Source: the human T2T-CHM13v2.0 reference genome, Homo sapiens. From it: a stretch of DNA of 64,000 nt. A program made the translations under genes and the position numbers. This document shows positions 44,800 through 58,544 of the stretch, piece after piece (the stretch's first letter is position 1; the number at the start of each line of letters is the position of its first letter). The notes below the pieces were generated by a model. That model saw only the letters and a list, made by a program, of their open reading frames with translations. It made no database searches and was not told the DNA's origin. The stretch spans positions 40,032,001 to 40,096,000 of the forward strand of contig CP068257.2 of NCBI GenBank assembly GCA_009914755.4, written 5' to 3'.

Positions 44800-45168
44800 T
44801 TGCTAGGGTTGAAATGGTTGTGCCCCCCTCAAAGCGATATATTGAAGCCTAACCTCCGATCTGCTGATATTAGGAGGCAGGGCCTTTGGGAGGTGGTCGG
44901 CTCTTGAGGGTGGAGCCCTCATGAATGGGACAAGCGCCCCTATAATGAGATGAAAAGATCAGATTTCTCCCCTCCCCCCGAGTGAGGACACAGCGAGAAA
45001 GTGCGCTCTTTGAACCAGAAAGCCCTCACCAGACGCCGAATCTGCTGGTGCCTTGACCTTGGACTTTCAGCCTCCAGAAATGTGAGAAACAAATGTCTGT
45101 TGTTTATAAGCCCTTCCAGCCTATGGGATTTTGTTCTAGCAGCGTAAGTGGACTAAGACACCTATGAA
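44800..45168 (+). mobile_element. ERVL-MaLR LTR (MLT1A-like)
   Basis: gttgaaatggttgtgcccccctcaaagcgatatattgaagcctaacc...gagggtggagccctcatgaatgggac...cagcctccagaaatgtgagaaacaaatgtctgttgtttataagcc...ctagcagcgtaagtggactaagaca. Confidence 0.6.
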
Positions 45169-45589
45169 GGACATTACACATTTTACAAGTGGACAATGAA
45201 TTGACAATTGTCACAAGGCTTGAGCTATTCATATGGGCTTCCTACCCAACTCTGGCTGAATCCAATGTCCTCAAGCTTCTCTTATTCCATTCTGCCTCTC
45301 TCAGGGTGTTCTCCTCTGCCAAAGTGGGGGGACCCTCTTCTGATGTTTACGCGAGTCTCAAGTCCCCAGGGATTCATCTCACTGTGATTTAGCCAGGGCC
45401 TTGTTGCTTCTTCGGGAATCAGATGGCTGGACCACGAAAGCCCAGCGCCTTTCCTATCCTGAAAGAAGCTCCGGGGAAACCTTATTCAATACGTGGAGTT
45501 AGGGAGCTGCATCCTTAGCATGAATTCAGGAGGTATCTTTTCTGTTTGAGATCAGGCGTCAAAAGCCATCATGCCACATTGCTTAAAAA

Positions 45590-45750
45590 CCTGGCCCCTG
45601 GAACCGGAACACCTGGGTTCAAATCCTGCCTGTGCCTCATGTCCTTGGGCAACTTTCCTAGCGCTTTATATGTCAGTTTCCTCATCTGCAAAATGGGGAC
45701 CACAGAAGCTCCTCACCAGGGGCTGCCGTGAGAATCAATGGGGCTGGTGT
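45590..45750 (+). mobile_element. MIR
   Basis: acctgggttcaaatcctgcctgtgcctcatgtccttgggcaactttcctagcgctttatatgtcagtttcctcatctgcaaaatggggaccacagaagctcc...gtgagaatcaatgg. Confidence 0.6.
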
Positions 45751-46687
45751 GTGACGATCAGGTGACCAGGGCACCTTGGTTGGTTTGACTCACTGTGAGC
45801 CCCACCCACAGCACTGCACAAGCCCTCTCAGCACTTAGGGTCAGAGAAGTTCAAAATTTTTGAATTTCAGGAAAGTAAAATGGTGCATGTACCGAACAAT
45901 CCCCAAACCCGATGGTGGGATCTATTAATATTTAAGGGCAACACTCTTCATATTTCTGTGACACAGCACAGTCTCCACACCCTGAGCAGGATCATTAAAT
46001 GCATTTTTATAGTCAGTTCAGGTCAGAAACTGCTACTGCATGAGTCACATATCAGATCAGATTTTGCCATCAAATGAATTACAGAACAGGCTTTTCTGTG
46101 TATTTTAGACTTCAGAATTGAGGACAAGAGGTTTTTATCTGGTCTTACAAATGCCAGTGCAGTCAGGGCCCAGGACATGGGGTCCATGAGTGAGGGGTCC
46201 TGGGGCTGTGAGAGATGGAGCCCACAGAGGGCACAGTGAGTTCGACTCCAGCGGAAGGAGACTCCTGGGCAAGAACGTCCAATGCCGCAGGACGTCAAGG
46301 TTTAGGTGAAGTCTCCTGGTTCATAAATGTTGTAAGATGACAAAATTTAAAGCGAGGGTTGGCAAGCCAAGAAAAGCTGACTTGTAATGTTGTCCAGCCC
46401 ATCGGGAACTCCAGGTGGACAAAGAGAGTGTGGTACCCGGGTGGCCGCCAGGCCCTCCCTGGATTGTCCTGCCTTTCCCGGGCTCTGCCTCACTCACTCT
46501 CCCTTTTCAAAGGTTCTGGTGAAGGATCTGAAGTGTATGGCCACACCAGTCCCAGAAGAGCCTGGGAGAAGGGAAGATGGTGAACACAGTGGAGTTCTGC
46601 TGCAAAGCCGAAGATGGTTCTGGCACGTGGCATGACCCACATGACTCAACATCAGGAGGTAGAGCCTTAAAAATAACTCAAATAAGG

Positions 46688-46969
<282 letters not shown>

Positions 46970-47269
46970 TTAAATTAGGGTGCAACTCCCCCCCGCCACA
47001 CTGTCGTCACTGCTAAATATTACCATGCCTAAATTTGACATCCTCCTGATGAACAGGTATAACATTGATTCACAAGGAGTGCTGCTTCAGGTAGCTTTGG
47101 TCTGAACTCTAAATTTCTCTTCTCTCTCTCTTTCTTTCCTTTTTACTGTTTAGAATGAACTCTCTCTGGCATTATAATAACAGGGCAGCCTCCTAACTGT
47201 CAGGGTGGCTTCTGTTGCAACACCTAGATATTTCAAATGCAGGAGAGTGATCGGATCATTCCAAGGGCA

Positions 47270-47750
47270 GGCTATCCCACACAGGCCCTCATCACCAGGT
47301 CAGCCCACACGGGCCCTGATCACCGGGTCATCCTGCACAAGCTCTAATCATCAGGTCTTCCCTCACAAGCTCTAATCACCGGGTCATCCTGCACGGGCCC
47401 TCGTCACCGGGTCACCCTGCACGGGCCCTCGTCACCGGGTCATCCCCCACGGGCCCTCGTCACCGGGTCACCCCGCATGGGCCCTGGTCACCGGGTCACC
47501 CTGCACGGGCCCTCGTCACCGGGTCACCCCGCACGGGCCCTGGTCACCGGGTCACCCCGCATGGGCCCTGGTCACCGGGTCGCCCCCCACGGGCCCTCAT
47601 CACTGGGTCGCCCTGCATGGGCCCTCGTCACCGGGTCATCCCCCACGGGCCCTGGTCACCGGGTCATCCCCCACGGGCCCTCGTCACCGGGTAATCCCCC
47701 ACGGGCCCTGGTCACCGGGTCATCCCCCACGGGCCCTGGTCACCGGGTCT
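47270..47750. repeat. 30-bp GC-rich minisatellite, about 16 copies (gggccctsgtcaccgggtcaycccsca y)
   Basis: Strict 30-bp periodicity; ORF 47477-47797 shows a 10-aa periodic translation of it (artefact). Confidence 0.95.
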
Positions 47751-49230
47751 CTCGTCCTCCCTCTGCATTTGCTTTTGTAGATTCCACAGATGAGTGAGAT
47801 TGTATCATTTGTCTTTCTATGCCTGGCTTATTTCACTTAACATAATGCCCTCTAGGTTCATTCATGTTGTTGCAAATGGCAGGATTTCCTTCTTTTTTAA
47901 GGCAGACTAATATTCCATTCTGTAAGTATGTCACATTTTCTTATCCATTCATTCACCGATGAGCACTTAGGTCAATTCCATCTCTTGGCTATTGTGAGTA
48001 ATGCTGCAATGGATATGAGAGAGCAGACATCCCTTCAACATACTGACTTCCTTGGGTGTATATCCGGAAGTGAAATTGCGAGCAATCATATGGTAGCTCT
48101 ACTCTAATTGTTGAGGAGACTTCATATTGCTTTCCGTCATGGCTGTACTGATCCACGTTCCCACCAACAGTCATGCCTGCACTGATCCACGTTCCCACCA
48201 ACAGTCATGGCTGCACTGATCCACGTTCCCACCAACAGTCATGGCTGCACTGATCCACGTTCCCACCAACAGTCATGGCTGCACTGATCCACGTTCCCAC
48301 CAACAGTCATGGCTGCACTGATCCACGTTCCCACCAACAGTCATGGCTGCACTGATCCACGTTCCCACCAACAGTCATGGCTGCACTGATCCACGTTCCC
48401 ACCAACAGTCATGGCTGCACTGATCCACGTTCCCACCAACAGTCATGGCTGCACTGATCCACGTTCCCACCAACAGTCATGGCTGCACTGATCCACGTTC
48501 CCACCAACAGTCATGGCTGCACTGATCCACATTCCCACCAATAGTGTGCATAGAGGATAGTCCACATCCTCACCGGCACTTGTTTTCTTTCATCTTTTTG
48601 ATAATTAGGTGTGAAGTGATATCTCATTGTGGTTTTGACTTACATTTCCTAGATGGTTGGGGATATTAAGCATTTTTTCATATACTCATTGGCCTTTTGG
48701 ATGTCTTCTTTTGAGAAATATCTATTCAGGTCCATTACTTATTTCTTAATTGGGTTGTTTTCTTGATATTGAGTTGTTTGAATTCCTTATATATTTTGGC
48801 AATTAACCCCTTATCAAGTGTGTGGCTTGCAAATATCTCCTCCCATTCCATAGGGTGTCCCTCCACTCTGTTGCCTGTTTCCTTTGCTGTGCAGAAGCTT
48901 TTGGGTTTGATGTGATCCCATGTGTCTATGATTTTACTTTTGTTGCCTGTGCTTTTGGTGTCATATCCAAAATCATCATTGCTTAGACCAATGTCATAGA
49001 GCTTTGCCCCCTATGTTTTCTTCTAGCAGTTTGAAAGTTTCAGGTCCTACATATAAGTCTTTCATTCGTTTTGAGTTGATTTTTGTATATGTATGAGATA
49101 AGGGTCCAATTTCATTCTTCCACATGTAGATATCCAGTTTTCCCAACATCATTTCAGTTTGTTTTGTTCGAAGCTATTGAGTTGGTGGTAATTTTCTACA
49201 GCAGCCCCAGGAAATGAATACTGTGGTCAT
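47750..49230 (-). mobile_element. L1M (antisense), 3'-truncated where it abuts the minisatellite, carrying an internal 34-bp VNTR
   Basis: ...gcctggcttatttcacttaacataatgccctctaggttcattcatgttgttgcaaatggcaggatttcc...; after the VNTR ...gtgtgaagtgatatctcattgtggttttgacttacatttcc... Confidence 0.7.
48137..48543. repeat. 34-bp VNTR (about 12 copies) expanded from an L1 ORF2-region motif
   Basis: tcatggctgcactgatccacgttcccaccaacag x about 12, nearly perfect; first copy tcatggctgtactg..., last ...ccacattcccaccaatag. Confidence 0.95.
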
Positions 49231-51101
49231 ATTCTGAACATCTGAGTTTTCACAGGGGCCTCGTTGAGATAAAGTTTGATCCGTGTGCAAGGGTGGGTTG
49301 ACAGGGAAGCCCTGGGATCCCCTCAATCCAGGTTTGAAGCCTCCTTGCTGAACAGGGCACCTGCACCCCTCACCTGGGATGTGGTGCTAGCAGGACTTGC
49401 CTTGGTGGCTTCCTGGCATGACTAAAATTCAGATAATAGGTGGAGGGTGCCTGGCTGGGGCTAAACAGATGCATCTCCAAAAAGAGTTTTGCTCCAATCA
49501 AGGGAAAGGAGAAGGAGGCAGAGCCTATGCAAGCCCTCAGAACCTGGCATCAGGGAGTCTTCCACCGCCTTCACTCTCCAGATGGCCTTGCCCACATCCT
49601 GGAAAGCAAAGGACCCTGCCAGCTCTTCAACAGAAACATTCACACCAGGTTTTCCATCACTCCACAATCACCAGCTCTTTAGAAGGAGGCAGAGCAGCGA
49701 TCATCCCCTCCTTGCACAGAGAGTGAGATACAGAGTTCTGCACCCTCAAAGCCACAAGCACAAGCGTATCTAGACTTCAGCCTTCCAGGCTGCGAAATCA
49801 GCAGGAGTTCCTCTCATCCACAGGGACCTCCAACCCCAGGTCCTTCCAGCTCCCCCAGGCAGAGCCCAGCCTCCATTCCAGTGTCTCTAGCTTTCTGAGG
49901 ACTCTCTTCCAAGTCCTCCCTTATCTCTGCCCCCAGGCGAGAGGTGGCAGCTTCCTTCCTTCCTGCAGGAGTGGGAGGATGAGTGCTATTGATTCTCACT
50001 CATCAGCACCCACTTTGCTTTTGGAGGCGGCTTTGGAAATGCCTTTCCCAGGCTCAGCCCTTGCCTGCAGCCATGACCTTACCTGAAGAAGAGGATGGAT
50101 GAGGGACTGTCCCTAGGATGCAGGAATGGTGAAAAATGACGCTTGTGTTTACTTAGACCTCCTCACCAAGTCGGCCTGCGTTCTCCTCTGAGTTCCACAT
50201 GGGTCCTATGACGTAGGCACTAATGCCAGGCCCACTTTAGGGACAGGGAAGTAAGTACCTAGCAAAAGTCAGAGACAGGTACCACTGGGATATAAACCCA
50301 GCTCCGAATCCAGCACCACGCTTAAGAAAGCTGCTCTGTACCTTGTTGCCAAGTTGCTGCTTCTTTCAACTCCTAAATGCAGCATTTTCTTGTTCCTTCT
50401 CCAAATTGTTTCTCTGCTGAGCAGCTGCAGATGGAAAACCACCTACGATATTTACGTCTGCCAAAGCCAAACCTTCTCCAGTTTGGCAGGCATGTGAGAC
50501 TCTGGCACAGGGTGGAGGGGCCTCTCGCTAAGTCCCCTTGCTCCGAAGCAGGACAGCAGTTCCTGTCAAGCACCTGACATGTATGAAACAACTGTCGGCC
50601 CCACTGTGGAAACAAATGAAGACCACCCACCTGAGACCAAGCGCAGGCTGTGTATTCTGAGCAGGCTCTAGCGAGGGGGCCGCTTCCACCAGCTGCGTTT
50701 GGCAGAGACTCAGGGCAGGCAGTGGGGAGCTTGGTGGTGGACGACAGGCTCCAGGGGTGCCCCGATGAGGCCGTCTTCAAAAGGGAGCTGGGAAGGCTCG
50801 TGGAAGTGGACATCCTAGGGGATTGGCTAGGGGCGCATATTTGACTTTCTCTGGTTGGCTCTAAATTAGAAGTAGGAACAAAAATTAGAAAAGCTGGCAG
50901 TCATCAACCAACTCCTGACCATTCTGGCCTGATTGCTGCAAAGACTGTGAGTCTCTCCATTGTCTTTGTAGGGAAGGAAACAACTACTTTACCGTCTTAG
51001 GTTCAGTAACTGAGGGCTGCAAATTACATGGACAAAAGACGGATAAACAGGAGAAACGGGTTTATTTTATGTGCCTACGGGAGCCAACAAAAGAAGTAGC
51101 C

Positions 51102-51448
<347 letters not shown>

Positions 51449-51989
51449 TTAGTAGGGAAAAGGAAATGGGGGAGAAGTGGCTTTTATGAGAAAAACAAAT
51501 CATTTTCTTTAGGAAAAACAAATGGGATTTTAGGAGAAGAGAAGGGCGATAAAGTTTGTGATAATGTTCGTCTAAACAGGTATGAGTGGTCTTTCCATCT
51601 TCTTCAGGGCCATAAAACTCCCCCAGAGAGGAGAATTATGGTTGCCTCCTTGCCCAGAAGTTGCTGTTTTTAATCAGATAAAGGAAGGTCTGAGGAGGCT
51701 TTTTTCTGCATCTATTAAATCTCAAATGTCTTCAGCTTAAAGCAATCTTTATGTCATCTCTGGATGACATCTGTGGAGTGGGTCCCCACATCTGTTTGTA
51801 TACTCAGTCTCTCACCATTTTAAGGGTGAGGAAACTGAGGCTTGAAGAGGTGAAACACCTTACCCAAGATGCCCATCGGTGGGTCACAGAGCAGTCCTGC
51901 TCCAAGATCCTTTCTACCAAGTCACCTCACTCATACAGGGAGGGTCACCAGATTGTGTAAAGATGATGTAACAGAAGAAAATCCTGCTC

Positions 51990-52676
51990 ACCCACTCATC
52001 CATTCATCCATTTATCCATCCACCCATCCATCCACCCATCCATCCATCCACCCATCCATCCATCCACCTATCCATCCATCCATCCACCCATCCATCCATC
52101 CATTCATTCATCCAAATATCCATCCATCCATCCACCTATCCATCCATCCATCCACCCATCCATCCATCCATTCACTCATCCAACTATCCATCCATCCATC
52201 CACCTATCCATCCATCCATCCATCCACCTATCCATCCATCCATCCACACATCCATCCATCCATTCATCCATCCATCCATCCATCCACTTATCCGTCCATC
52301 CATCCACCTATCCATCCATCCATCCACCTATCCATCCATCCATCCACGCATCCATCCATCCATTCATCCATCCATCCATCCATCCACCCATCCATCCATT
52401 TATGCATCCACTCATCCATCCATCCACCTACCCATCCATTTATCCATCCACTCATACATCCATTTGTCCATCCACCTATCCATCCATTCATCCATTCATC
52501 CATCCATCCATCCATCCATCCATCCATCCATCCATTTGTCCGTCCACCTAGCCATCCATTCATCCATGCATCCATCCATCCATCCATCCATCCACTCATC
52601 CATCCATTTGTCCGTCCACCTAGCCATCCATTCATCCATGCATCCATCCATCCATCCATCCATCCACTCATCCATG
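51990..52676. repeat. (CCAT)n / (CCATCCACCCATCC) satellite-like array, about 690 bp; (GGAT)n on minus strand
   Basis: cacccatccatccatccacccatcc...; ORF 51869-52690 (273 aa, IHPSIHPS...) and minus-strand ORF 52288-52671 (WMDGWMDG) are translation artefacts. Confidence 0.95.
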
Positions 52677-54519
52677 CAATAATAATTTAGCCCCGAATCA
52701 TGCTGGATGCTTGGAGTATGAAGTCCGATATGCCACAGTCCCTACTCTAGTTTTGAGGTGTCCCTACTCTAGTTTAGGGGAGATAGACTCATAAAGAGTT
52801 ATTGTTGTTATAATATATTAAAATCTACAGTGACTACTTTCATGAAATACCTGGCCATTCACCTATATCCCGGAACAGAATGTTGTCAGTGCATGGTGAC
52901 AAGCATGTTCACCAAGGTGGTGAGATGGCAGAGATCTGTGTCTTCCCATTTATCATGTTTGATGTTTTCCAAATTGTCTGTTTTCCGAATGTATTATTTT
53001 TATAATGGGAGTGGGGATTCTTTAAAACTTCAATATTTCTATATTGTCTAAAAGTCGATTGGTTCTTGGGCCCATTTGACACCTTACCTAATCAACTCTC
53101 CATCCTTGCTGCTCAGAGGCTGCCCTCCCCCAAGACTCCCCCAGCCCACCCCAGAACACCAGAGCTTTGCAAACCTCCAGTTCTTGCTCACCTTGAATTC
53201 TGTCTGCAGCGTTCTTACCATCACCTTTGCCTGGAAAATTCCTTTTCCCTCAAAATCTAGTTTAAAGGTCTGCTTTCCTGTGTCACGTGGCCTGCCTGCC
53301 TCTATGATTTTCCCCCACTTTCAGTGTTCTTCAAAATGTGCTATTTAATAGATGCATGATCTCCCCTATCAGTGCACCATAGTTTATTTCATCAACCCTT
53401 GGTATGGGATCATTTAGGCTCTTTCTGACATTTGCTATTATAAATAATGCCTTAATTAGCCTTCTCCTTCACAATCTTTGATCATATCTCTGTTTCCTTA
53501 GAATAGATTTCTAGAAATGGAATCTCCAGGGCAAAGAGTAAGAACACTTTTAAGGCTCTTCATACATAATTCAAAATTGCTTTCCAAACAGGTTGAACAA
53601 TCTGTGCTCCAGCACCACAGTGTAGGCCTGCCTGCAGGAAGTCATTATTTCAAGTGTTTGTTACTTTGACAGCTGAAGATGCCACTGTTTCATTGTTTTA
53701 ATTTGCATTTCTTTGACTGTCAGTTATTTTGAGCTTTGAAAAATGAGCTTACTTTAAAAAGTGTATTTATACAGTGTAGTGGTCAAGGGTGCAGGCTTCA
53801 GAGTCCAAGAGATGTTCAGACCCTGGCTCTGCTGATGAGGACCTAGTGACCTGGGGAGCCCTCGTGAAGATGAAATGAGGTCATGCACACAGGTCTCTCC
53901 GCTGGTGTCTGTGACCTGAGTGTGCAATCAACATTAGCTTCATTGTTCTCAGAGTTCTGAGAGCTTCCTTTGTTTTGTGCAATTTCTGTGCATGCTTTCT
54001 GACCAATTTGCTAGTGGAGTGTTTTTCTTATTAATTTAAAGGAGCTCTTCTATATATTTAGGAGTTCAACCCTTTGCTTGCCATATTTATGCTAATATTT
54101 TTTCAAATTTTTTCTCTTTGCATCATTTTTACTCCAGGAGATTTTTATTTTATGTATTCATACCTTCATTGATGGTTCCTTCCATTAATTTTATGCCGAC
54201 AATTTCTTCCCAGAACTGAGATCCATTAAATATTGTCCTCTAATATATATTGTTTTACATTTATCTTAAATTCACAGGCAAACTACCTTGGTATAAATTA
54301 GGGAAAATCTAACCTGATTCTTTTCCAGTGTCATTCAGAAAATAATTCCCTTTTACGGACTCAAAAGCAGAAATGTGACATAATCAGATGTGTTTTTAAA
54401 TAGCTTGCTGGCTCCAGTGTGGTAGGAAAAAAAACAGCAATCATAAAAAACAACCAACATTTATTTAGTACTTACTGTGTACAGGCTGTGTTCTGAGTCC
54501 TTTGCAGATATTCACTCAC

Positions 54520-54650
54520 TCAACCCTCATAATCACCCCATAGGAAACAAAGGCTTACGCTGGGGTTTAAGTAACTTGCCCAAGGTCAGAGCTAGAAGCG
54601 GCTGAACCAGGGATGGGATGGAACCAGGAAGGGGCCATCAGAGTTAAGCA
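54520..54650 (-). mobile_element. MIR fragment
   Basis: ggggtttaagtaacttgcccaaggtcagagctagaagcggctgaaccagggatgggatggaacc (revcomp of MIR core). Confidence 0.5.
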
Positions 54651-55177
54651 GATAAGTCAACGCACCAGTCCAGATGAGGTAGAGGGACTGGCCTAGACCA
54701 CGGCAGGGAAAGGAGAGGAGATGGCATACTGGTCACGTATTGAAGATATGAGTCTGGGATTTGGCAGTCAACCACCCATTGCGGACCACGAGGACAAGGG
54801 AGAGCTCTAGAGCCCCATCTCAGCATGCAGCTGTTAAGTCCCTCAAAGAAGACTTGCACTTTCCGTAAAACCATCGCCTTCCTCTCCCTCACTGTTCCCA
54901 GCATCCCCGGACTGCACAGGGTAGAAAAGCAGCAAGTTTGGACCACAATCCCAAATACCGAAATCCCAAAAGATCAAAATCGCTAAAACCGCCAACATCT
55001 AACATCCCAAAAGTGGCAATTACAGGACAAGTTTTTTGTTTGTGTTCCTTTTCTTTTTAAAGTTTTTTTTTCACTATTTTAAATTGTCAGCATTTTCATT
55101 CACAGTTCTGCATGCTGTGTATTTCATCTTTGCATCATTTCCAATACTGGAGGTATAAATTGTATAGGGACTTTTTA

Positions 55178-55390
55178 TTTTTATTTATTTATTTATTTTT
55201 GAGACAGGGTCTCTCTCTGTCATTCAGGCTGGAGGGCAGTGGCATGGCCACTGCTCACTGTAGCCTCCACTGCCCGGGCTCAATGGAGCCTCCCAAGGAG
55301 CCGAGACTACAGGCACACATCACCACGCCCGGCTAATTTTTGTATTTTTTGTAGAGACAGGGTTTCGCCATGTCATCCAGGCTTGTAGAG
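55178..55390 (-). mobile_element. Partial Alu
   Basis: (ttta)n/poly-T head, gagacagggtctctctctgtcattcaggctggagggcagtggcatgg...cacgcccggctaatttttgtattttttgtagagacagggtttcgccatg. Confidence 0.8.
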
Positions 55391-56816
55391 ATTTTTAGAG
55401 TTCTAATTCTTTATGCATTTTTTGCAGATCTGACTTCATAAAAGTGAACTATCACAATGCTGCTTTGCAAGCTGTGTGTGAGTGTAAAAGCGTTGAAACT
55501 TCCTCAATAAATGAAAAGATATCTTTTTTGTACATCTGCATTTGTGAAAGACAACATTTCTCCAGATCTCTCTCAGCTCTTTGGGTGACTGCATATGTAT
55601 GTGGCGGGGACCCATCGAGGTTGCTGCGCGATCTTGTCAGTAGACTTAGGTTGTCCGTCACGGCACTTCAGGTGACCGCAGTTATACGCCAGGTGCACAC
55701 AATCACCAACCATAGCGATCTGCATTACCACATCTCCCTTTCTGACCCATTTCCTTATGAATACGGTTCATCTGCTCATAGTTGATATACCTGTGTGACT
55801 CTCATTAGCACACCTGTCTATGCTTACAAAAACATGTGTGTTCTTACTGCCTGTTTTATTAAAGTGGCCTATGAAGTGTTCCATTGTGCTTTTTATGTTT
55901 AATTTTTATGTTTTATGTTTAATTTTAAAACATACGTTTATGTTTTGTTTTTATGTTTCTCAAATAAATTCCCTTTTAAAAATGTAAATATTTTCTAACA
56001 TTTTAAAATTATTTTTTACAGAATCAGGGTTTTAGGATTCTGATTTTTCAGGATTTCGACACTCGGGATTGTGTCTATTGGGATTATGATGCACTCCCAA
56101 CAGCAGGCCGGTCCTCATCTGTCCCAAACAGCTCAGATGCGGTGGGCACTGATGTGGCCGGGTGGGCTCTTCGTTCCCGCCCACTGAAATCCCACCCACC
56201 TGTTTCTTTTCCTCTTCTTCCCCCAGCCACTCCCTTCCAAGAAGCCTGGCTCTGGCCTGAGGTTCCTGGGGAGGGAAGGTCCACGCAGTGGTCCAAGTGG
56301 CCTGCCTGAGTCACACCTGAGCCATCTAGTCACTTCTCCATTAGCTCACACTCTCTGAGCTACAGAGGCTTCAGGTGGTGTTAGGGGGCCCAGTGATCCT
56401 CTAGTCGACCAGCTCTTGCAGAACCAGCCATGACTAGGCCAGTCATTCGGGGTGTAAGAAGCCACGGTCAGTCCTCACTCTGGACCCTCCGATCAGACGA
56501 CGGGCCTGCTGTTCTGAGACCGAGGCAGCATCTCTGCGAGGGCTGCAACAGCTGCTGGGCTGAGCGCAGACCTTCCTGATACGCCTCATCTGTGACCTCT
56601 GGGTGGATTTGAGCTCCTGGCTTTACCTCTATTGCCTATATGATCACAACAAGTTTCTTCTCTGTCCTCTGCTTCCTCTTCTCTAAGCTGAAGCCATTGA
56701 AGCATCCAGCTCAGTTTTCAAAAATTAATAGAGATTCATGGAAATAAGGTACCCACAGGATTGAGTCAGTGCCAGACCCATAGCAAACTCTCAAAATATA
56801 CTAGCATAAAAAAAAA

Positions 56817-57240
56817 AGTGTATTAGTCTGTTCTCACATAGCTATAAAGAAATACCTGAAACTGGGTCATTTATAAAGAAAAGAGATTTAATTGGCTCAC
56901 GGTTCAGCAGGCTGTACAGGAAGCATGGGGACATCTGCTTCTGGGGAGGCCTCAAGAAACTTACAATCATGGTGAAGACAAAGGGGAAGCAGGCGCGTCT
57001 CACATGGCCAGACCATGAGAGAGAGGTGGGGGAGGCGCCACACACTTTTAATCAACCAGATCTCATGAGAACTCTATCACAAGACAGCACCAGGTGATGG
57101 TGCTAAGCCATTCATGAAGGATCCACCCCAGTGATCCAACCACCTCCAACCGGGCCCCACCCCCAGCACTGGGGATAACAACTGAACATGAGATTTGGTG
57201 GGGACACAGGTCCCCACCTCACCACATCACACAATTTCTC
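56817..57240 (-). mobile_element. Solo ERVL-MaLR LTR (MST-like)
   Basis: gtgtattagtctgttctcacatagctataaagaaatacctgaaactgggtcatttataaagaaaagagatttaattggctcacggttc...cttacaatcatggtgaagacaaaggggaagc...catgagatttggtggggacacagg. Confidence 0.7.
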
Positions 57241-58544
57241 TCCTTTCTTTCCAGGTAACCAGTTTGCAAGGGCTTGCCGTATCCTCCATAGATGGTGTAA
57301 TTGGAAACGCATTTGTGGGCGTGGCGGTGTGGTCTGGGGGAGGAGCCCTAGCCCCCCTCTCTCCTCCAAAACTCTCACTGGTCACAGATTCACGTGTGTT
57401 TATAATTCCTCATTTTAAGAAAATATCATGATTCCCATTTTACCTGCCATTTTCCCCTCAGATGGCTGAGGGAAGAGTCTGGGATGATGATTGGCTCCTG
57501 TGCTCTGAGTGTGCAAATGCTCCAAGGGTGCAGCCATGCTCTGGGCACTCAAGTCAGTCTTAGTCAGTGCTCCTTCCTCTTCTGCCAGCTCCTCCCGTTC
57601 CAGTGACCATTCCTCTTGCTGAACCGGCTGGAGAAGGCGCGCGCGGTCCCAGGCCGCTGTCTGAAGGGCTTTCCATTTGTCTCTGCAGACAATCTCATAT
57701 TCCTTTTCCAGCCTCTGATGGAAGGGGCGAGGGGGACTCCTCCAACCAGCTAGCTGTGCCTTTCTGACCCAGGCCCAGGGGCTGCTGCCTGCCGTGGCAG
57801 GTCACTGGCTGTCCTGGAACTTCCTGGACATTGCTGGTCTTGCATTTCCTATCGTGGAACACTTGCTCCATGACACAGGTCTACTTATCTGTCAACAAAA
57901 CCACCTCATTTACCTGCTTCTCCACCCACCTCCTTCCAGCCATCTCCGCCCCTGCCCTCACTGGTGAATGGATGAATTACCCAACATGGCTTTGTGCTGG
58001 GAGCATGGCCTGCCTTGGAGAGAACCACAAACAATGACCTGGGCTGCATGAAGAGTCAGGTCAGCACACTGGTGAGGTTAAGTCAACTCCCAGAGGCCAC
58101 GATGACAGGCCACGAAGAGTCAATGAGAGCCTTTTGGGTTTGATGCCCGAAGCACTCTGTCCCCCATCACAGTCTTTAGGGGCAAGTGCAGGAGCCTCCA
58201 GCCAGTCAGAAGACGTTTCCTCCAAGTGTGCAGCCATAGGTCATCAAAGCGAAGGGTATTTAGATTTCTCAAACAGAATCAGTAGGAGTTAGAGAGAGAG
58301 GGAAGAAAGGAGGGAGGGAAAGTTATTGGGAAGACCTGGCTCCCATGGCTATGGAGGCTGAGAAGCCCCACGCTCTGCCATCTGCAAGCTGGAGGACCAA
58401 GGGTGCTGGTGATGGTGCTGAGATTGAGTCTGAATCCAAAGGCCTGAAAACCAGGAGAGCGATGGTGGAACTCTCAGTCCCAGGGTCAGAGAAGGTGAGA
58501 GGAGATGTCCCAGCTCAGCAGACAGGAGGCATGAGAGGACTAAT

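Noticed and set aside
48137-48543. Regular 34-bp array that could be mistaken for a CRISPR-like repeat-spacer structure
   Set aside because: The units are contiguous with no unique spacers, are derived from L1 sequence, and the organism is eukaryotic. It is a VNTR.
51869-52690. 273-aa ORF (+) and 127-aa ORF (-) over the same interval
   Set aside because: Both are pure translations of the (CCAT)n/(GGAT)n array (IHPSIHPS / WMDGWMDG).
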